In this document: positions 61,374 through 64,000 of the stretch, one piece after another
Position numbering within the stretch: the first letter of the stretch is position 1
Layout of the letters: every line of letters starts with the position of its first letter
Assembly: GCA_963662665.2 (NCBI GenBank)
Contig: CAXXJS010000010.1
Coordinates: 256,001-320,000 of the forward strand
Direction: 5' to 3'
DNA: 64,000 nucleotides
From: Candidatus Latescibacterota bacterium
GTDB lineage: Bacteria > Latescibacterota > UBA2968 > GCA-2709665
The notes under the pieces: generated by a model
Seen by the model: the letters and a program-made list of their open reading frames with translations, nothing else
What the model was told of the DNA's origin: nothing
Databases searched by the model: none
Position numbers and translations under genes: made by a program

Positions 61374-63071
61374 TCTGAATAATTCACAAAAAAGGTAGTT
61401 TCCTTACCCAAGTCATTGTATTATATTATGGTTACGAGAATAACCTGATAACAATGAACCGGGAGGAAACTACCGTGGCAGGTCAAGATAAACAACAAAG
61501 GATGTCTTTCGCAAGTGTTTCTGGCAAACGGGTAGAAGCCACCTTCGACGGGGGCATGCTGACCAGCGACACCGGGGCGATGCTGCTTCGCGAGGTGGAA
61601 TCCAGAATCGGCATTTTGTGTCGGATCGTCGAGGCGATAACAGATCGTCGGCATCCAAGTTACGTGGATCACCCGTCGGTGGACCTGCTGACTCAGCGTG
61701 TCTTTCAGATGGCGTGTGGGTATGAGGATGCGAACGACTGCAATGCGTTGCGTAGTGACCCCGGCTTCAAGGCGGCCTGCGATCGGTTGCCGGTCACCGG
61801 TGCCAACCTGGCCAGTCAACCCACGATGAGTCGGTTCGAGAACCGGATCACCAGAGGTGACTTATATCGTATCGCGAAGGCCTTTGCCGATGCGTTTATC
61901 GCCTCGTATAAGCACCCCCCTGAAGCCATTCTGTTGGATATCGATGACACGGAAGACAAGGTGTATGGATCCCAGCAGTTGTCGTTATTCAATGCGTATT
62001 TCAAGGGCTATTGCTACCAACCCCTGCATATCTATGAAGGGCAAACCGGCAAGTTGATCACGACGGTCTTGCGTCCGGGCCGCCGACCCACGGGCAAAGA
62101 GATCGTGTCGATTCTCAAACGGGTGATCGCCTACCTGCGTAAAGCATGGCCCGATGTCAAGATCCTGTTGCGTGGCGATTCACACTTTTCGTGTCCGGAA
62201 GTGCACACGATGTGTGACGAAAACGATGTGTTTTTTATCCTCGGACAAGGCGGAAACGCGGTGCTGCTGCGGTTGGCACAGCCCTTGATGGACCAGGCCA
62301 AAGCGCTGTATGCCGATGGGGGAAAACCTGTGCGCCTGTATCGCTGTTGGGACTATCAGGCCGGCAGCTGGTCTTCCCCACGCCGCATCATCTGCAAGGC
62401 AGAAGTCACCCCGCAAGGTCACAATATCCGATTCGTGGTCACCAACCTGAACGGCGCACAACCGTCATTCATCTACAAAACCGCTTATTGCTCACGCGGC
62501 AGGATGGAAAACTTCATCAAGAATCACAAGACCTTTCTGCATTCCGATCGCACCTCTTGCCACACCTTCCACGCCAATCACTTCCGGCTCTTTCTCCACA
62601 GCGCCGCCTATGTGTTGGTGCACGCCCTGGCCCATATCGGGTTGCGCGGCACCACGTGGACGAACGCCCAGTTTAATACGCTGCAAAACCGCATCTTGAA
62701 AGTCGCCGGGCGCGTTTGTGAACTGAAAACCAAAATCACGTTCCATCTGCCAACGGCGTTTCCACTCAAACACCTCTATCGAACCATGCTCTACAATCTG
62801 GGAACCGCCATGCCATAACGTTTCCATCTGGAACAGGCCGCCTTCACGTCTTGATTGCTACCACCAAAAGCCATGGAGAAGTCTGTGCTCTTGGCAGTCA
62901 CAACAAGGTCATCCTGACGCCTCCACGCAACCCTGCTACAAAAATACACCCTGAAATCGCTTGAAAACGCCAGTTCCGCACAGCCAGCTTTCTCCTGCGT
63001 TCTTAGACTCACTCGAAAGCTGCTTCTGCTGCACGAATCTGCAATCCCTGACGATTCATGAATAGGTCAGG
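61374..63071 (+). mobile_element. IS1380-family insertion sequence
   Basis: Imperfect IRs TCTGAATAATTCAC / ATGAATAGGTCAGG; CTAA duplicated at 61370-61373 and 63072-63075. Confidence 0.85.
61454..62818 (+). CDS. IS1380-family transposase
   Basis: FDGGMLTSDTG, GYEDAND, LASQPTMSRFEN, LDIDDT, RGDSHF, YCSRGRMENFIK. Confidence 0.93.
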   Translation: MNREETTVAGQDKQQRMSFASVSGKRVEATFDGGMLTSDTGAMLLREVESRIGILCRIVEAITDRRHPSYVDHPSVDLLTQRVFQMACGYEDANDCNALRSDPGFKAACDRLPVTGANLASQPTMSRFENRITRGDLYRIAKAFADAFIASYKHPPEAILLDIDDTEDKVYGSQQLSLFNAYFKGYCYQPLHIYEGQTGKLITTVLRPGRRPTGKEIVSILKRVIAYLRKAWPDVKILLRGDSHFSCPEVHTMCDENDVFFILGQGGNAVLLRLAQPLMDQAKALYADGGKPVRLYRCWDYQAGSWSSPRRIICKAEVTPQGHNIRFVVTNLNGAQPSFIYKTAYCSRGRMENFIKNHKTFLHSDRTSCHTFHANHFRLFLHSAAYVLVHALAHIGLRGTTWTNAQFNTLQNRILKVAGRVCELKTKITFHLPTAFPLKHLYRTMLYNLGTAMP

Positions 63072-63256
63072 CTAAGGGCTTTACGGATTCTTTTGGCGGC
63101 ATCGTTGACAAACTGCTTTTGTGCAGTTTTGACGAGTTCGTCGTAAGTGAATCTATTTCCACAGACAAGGCACTTGTAGTGATCTTTACTTTCAATTTCA
63201 GCCTCTTCTATAGGCGACTTGCATTGGCGGCAACGGACAATAATCTTCTCGTCCAT
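63072..63256 (-). pseudogene. Small zinc-ribbon protein, 3' end cut by IS1380
   Basis: CRQC...CLVC; native end ..KALRGISR* continues at 61373..61354 across the CTAA duplication. Confidence 0.6.
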
Positions 63257-63423
63257 GAGAAAGTTCCTTTCGAGGTCTAGTGTGACATCAGGGACACAGC
63301 TTCATGGAAAATTACAAAAAACACACTTTTATAGCAAAAGCCACTGATCCTAAAATATCGCAGGGTCAGTGACTCTTTCATTTAAGTTTTAAAGAATTAA
63401 TAGACATGAATTTTGAATTTAGT

Positions 63424-63666
63424 CTAATTCTTCTTACCCTCCATATAAATGTGCCCGGCCCAGGTTATACGAAACATCCGTCCCTCGTCTGTGGTGATTG
63501 TTTTAAGATATCCCGCGTCTTCCATTAAAAGTAAATGCTGTTCAAATTGTTGTCTACGCTTGGACGGTTCTGCCTTTTCAAACAAAAGGACGTAGGGCAT
63601 TCTTATTTCTTTGTGTTCGATAAGTGCATCAAGAATGCGCCACCCCATTCTCATATTTCGTACCAT
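63424..63666 (-). CDS. DUF2513-like winged-helix protein
   Basis: QHLLLMEDAGYL...RITWAGHIYME; RBS GGAGG. Confidence 0.6.
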   Translation of the reverse strand: MVRNMRMGWRILDALIEHKEIRMPYVLLFEKAEPSKRRQQFEQHLLLMEDAGYLKTITTDEGRMFRITWAGHIYMEGKKN

Positions 63667-63727
63667 TGCTACCCTCCAATCTGTGAGCCCACCTGGGTCA
63701 CTAAGCTATGGACCGTGATTGAGAAAG

Positions 63728-63922
63728 TCAAGATGCATAATGCCAGGTTCTGTTAGGCTTGCCGTTAGCATAGTGCATAGTAAATTCTTCCACTCCCTCA
63801 GCCTTTGCTATGATCTTTCCTTCGCGTTGTGCTGCCTCCTTTGTTTGATATTCAGCCAATACTGACCCATCTAGCTTGATTTCCCATATTCCGTCCTTGT
63901 TTCGCCGACCTGTCATTGCCAT
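63728..63922 (-). CDS. DUF2188-like small protein
   Basis: DGIWEIK.DG...YQTKEAAQREGKIIAK...MHYANGK; upstream region appears replaced by an IS end. Confidence 0.55.
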   Translation of the reverse strand: MAMTGRRNKDGIWEIKLDGSVLAEYQTKEAAQREGKIIAKAEGVEEFTMHYANGKPNRTWHYAS

Positions 63923-63924
63923 TT

Positions 63925-64000
63925 TGTCAATGATCGGTGTAAAGGCGCCACCCATGATCGGCTTAAAGGCGCCAGTGAGCGAGGGTCAAAAGGGGGGTCT
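63925..64000. mobile_element. Probable IS21-family terminus (element continues beyond the window)
   Basis: Begins TGTCAA; two 24-bp-period repeats ATGATCGG-nnn-AAAGGCGCCA (63930-63950, 63954-63974). Confidence 0.6.

Noticed and set aside
63930-63974. Short direct repeats as a CRISPR array
   Set aside because: Only 3 bp between units, so no spacers; fits IS21 terminal repeats. No CRISPR array or cas gene seen anywhere in the window

Overview
A 64-kb, mostly GC-rich bacterial chromosome segment. The dockerin/EF-hand motif ADFDEDGIVGFSDFLLFARSF suggests an FCB-group organism such as Ca. Latescibacterota (inference). 1-36 kb is mainly housekeeping: manA, a PIN toxin-antitoxin pair, glnS, prs, gltX, three tRNAs, nnr, a split carB, pyrK/pyrD, rlpA, an S1 protein with ArfB, an RND permease, His6-type hisA, frameshifted thiL, copA and an amidase. 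At least three families of short terminal-inverted-repeat elements (MITE-like; 7 copies) are scattered through the window. 36.5-46 kb holds the best candidate for an undescribed system, an extended phage-shock-like envelope-stress locus. It runs from a sigma54 promoter through pspA, two PspB-like paralogous modules, a STAS protein lacking the phospho-Ser, an ECF sigma, NfeD and flotillin, to a soluble TPR histidine kinase and a receiver-fused PspF-like enhancer-binding protein. 46-51.3 kb is an AT-richer accessory block: a 594-aa unknown, a 49-aa basic peptide, a beta-CASP nuclease and a DUF6883/DUF4926-like pair. An IS1182 interrupts an epimerase at 52 kb. It is followed by SnoaL-like, DHS-like, thiI, LysR/ino1 and a PDG-repeat/CAP gene. 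An AT-rich island carrying an IS1380 and an IS21-like end starts at about 60.8 kb. All family assignments come from motif recognition by eye; no database searches were run.
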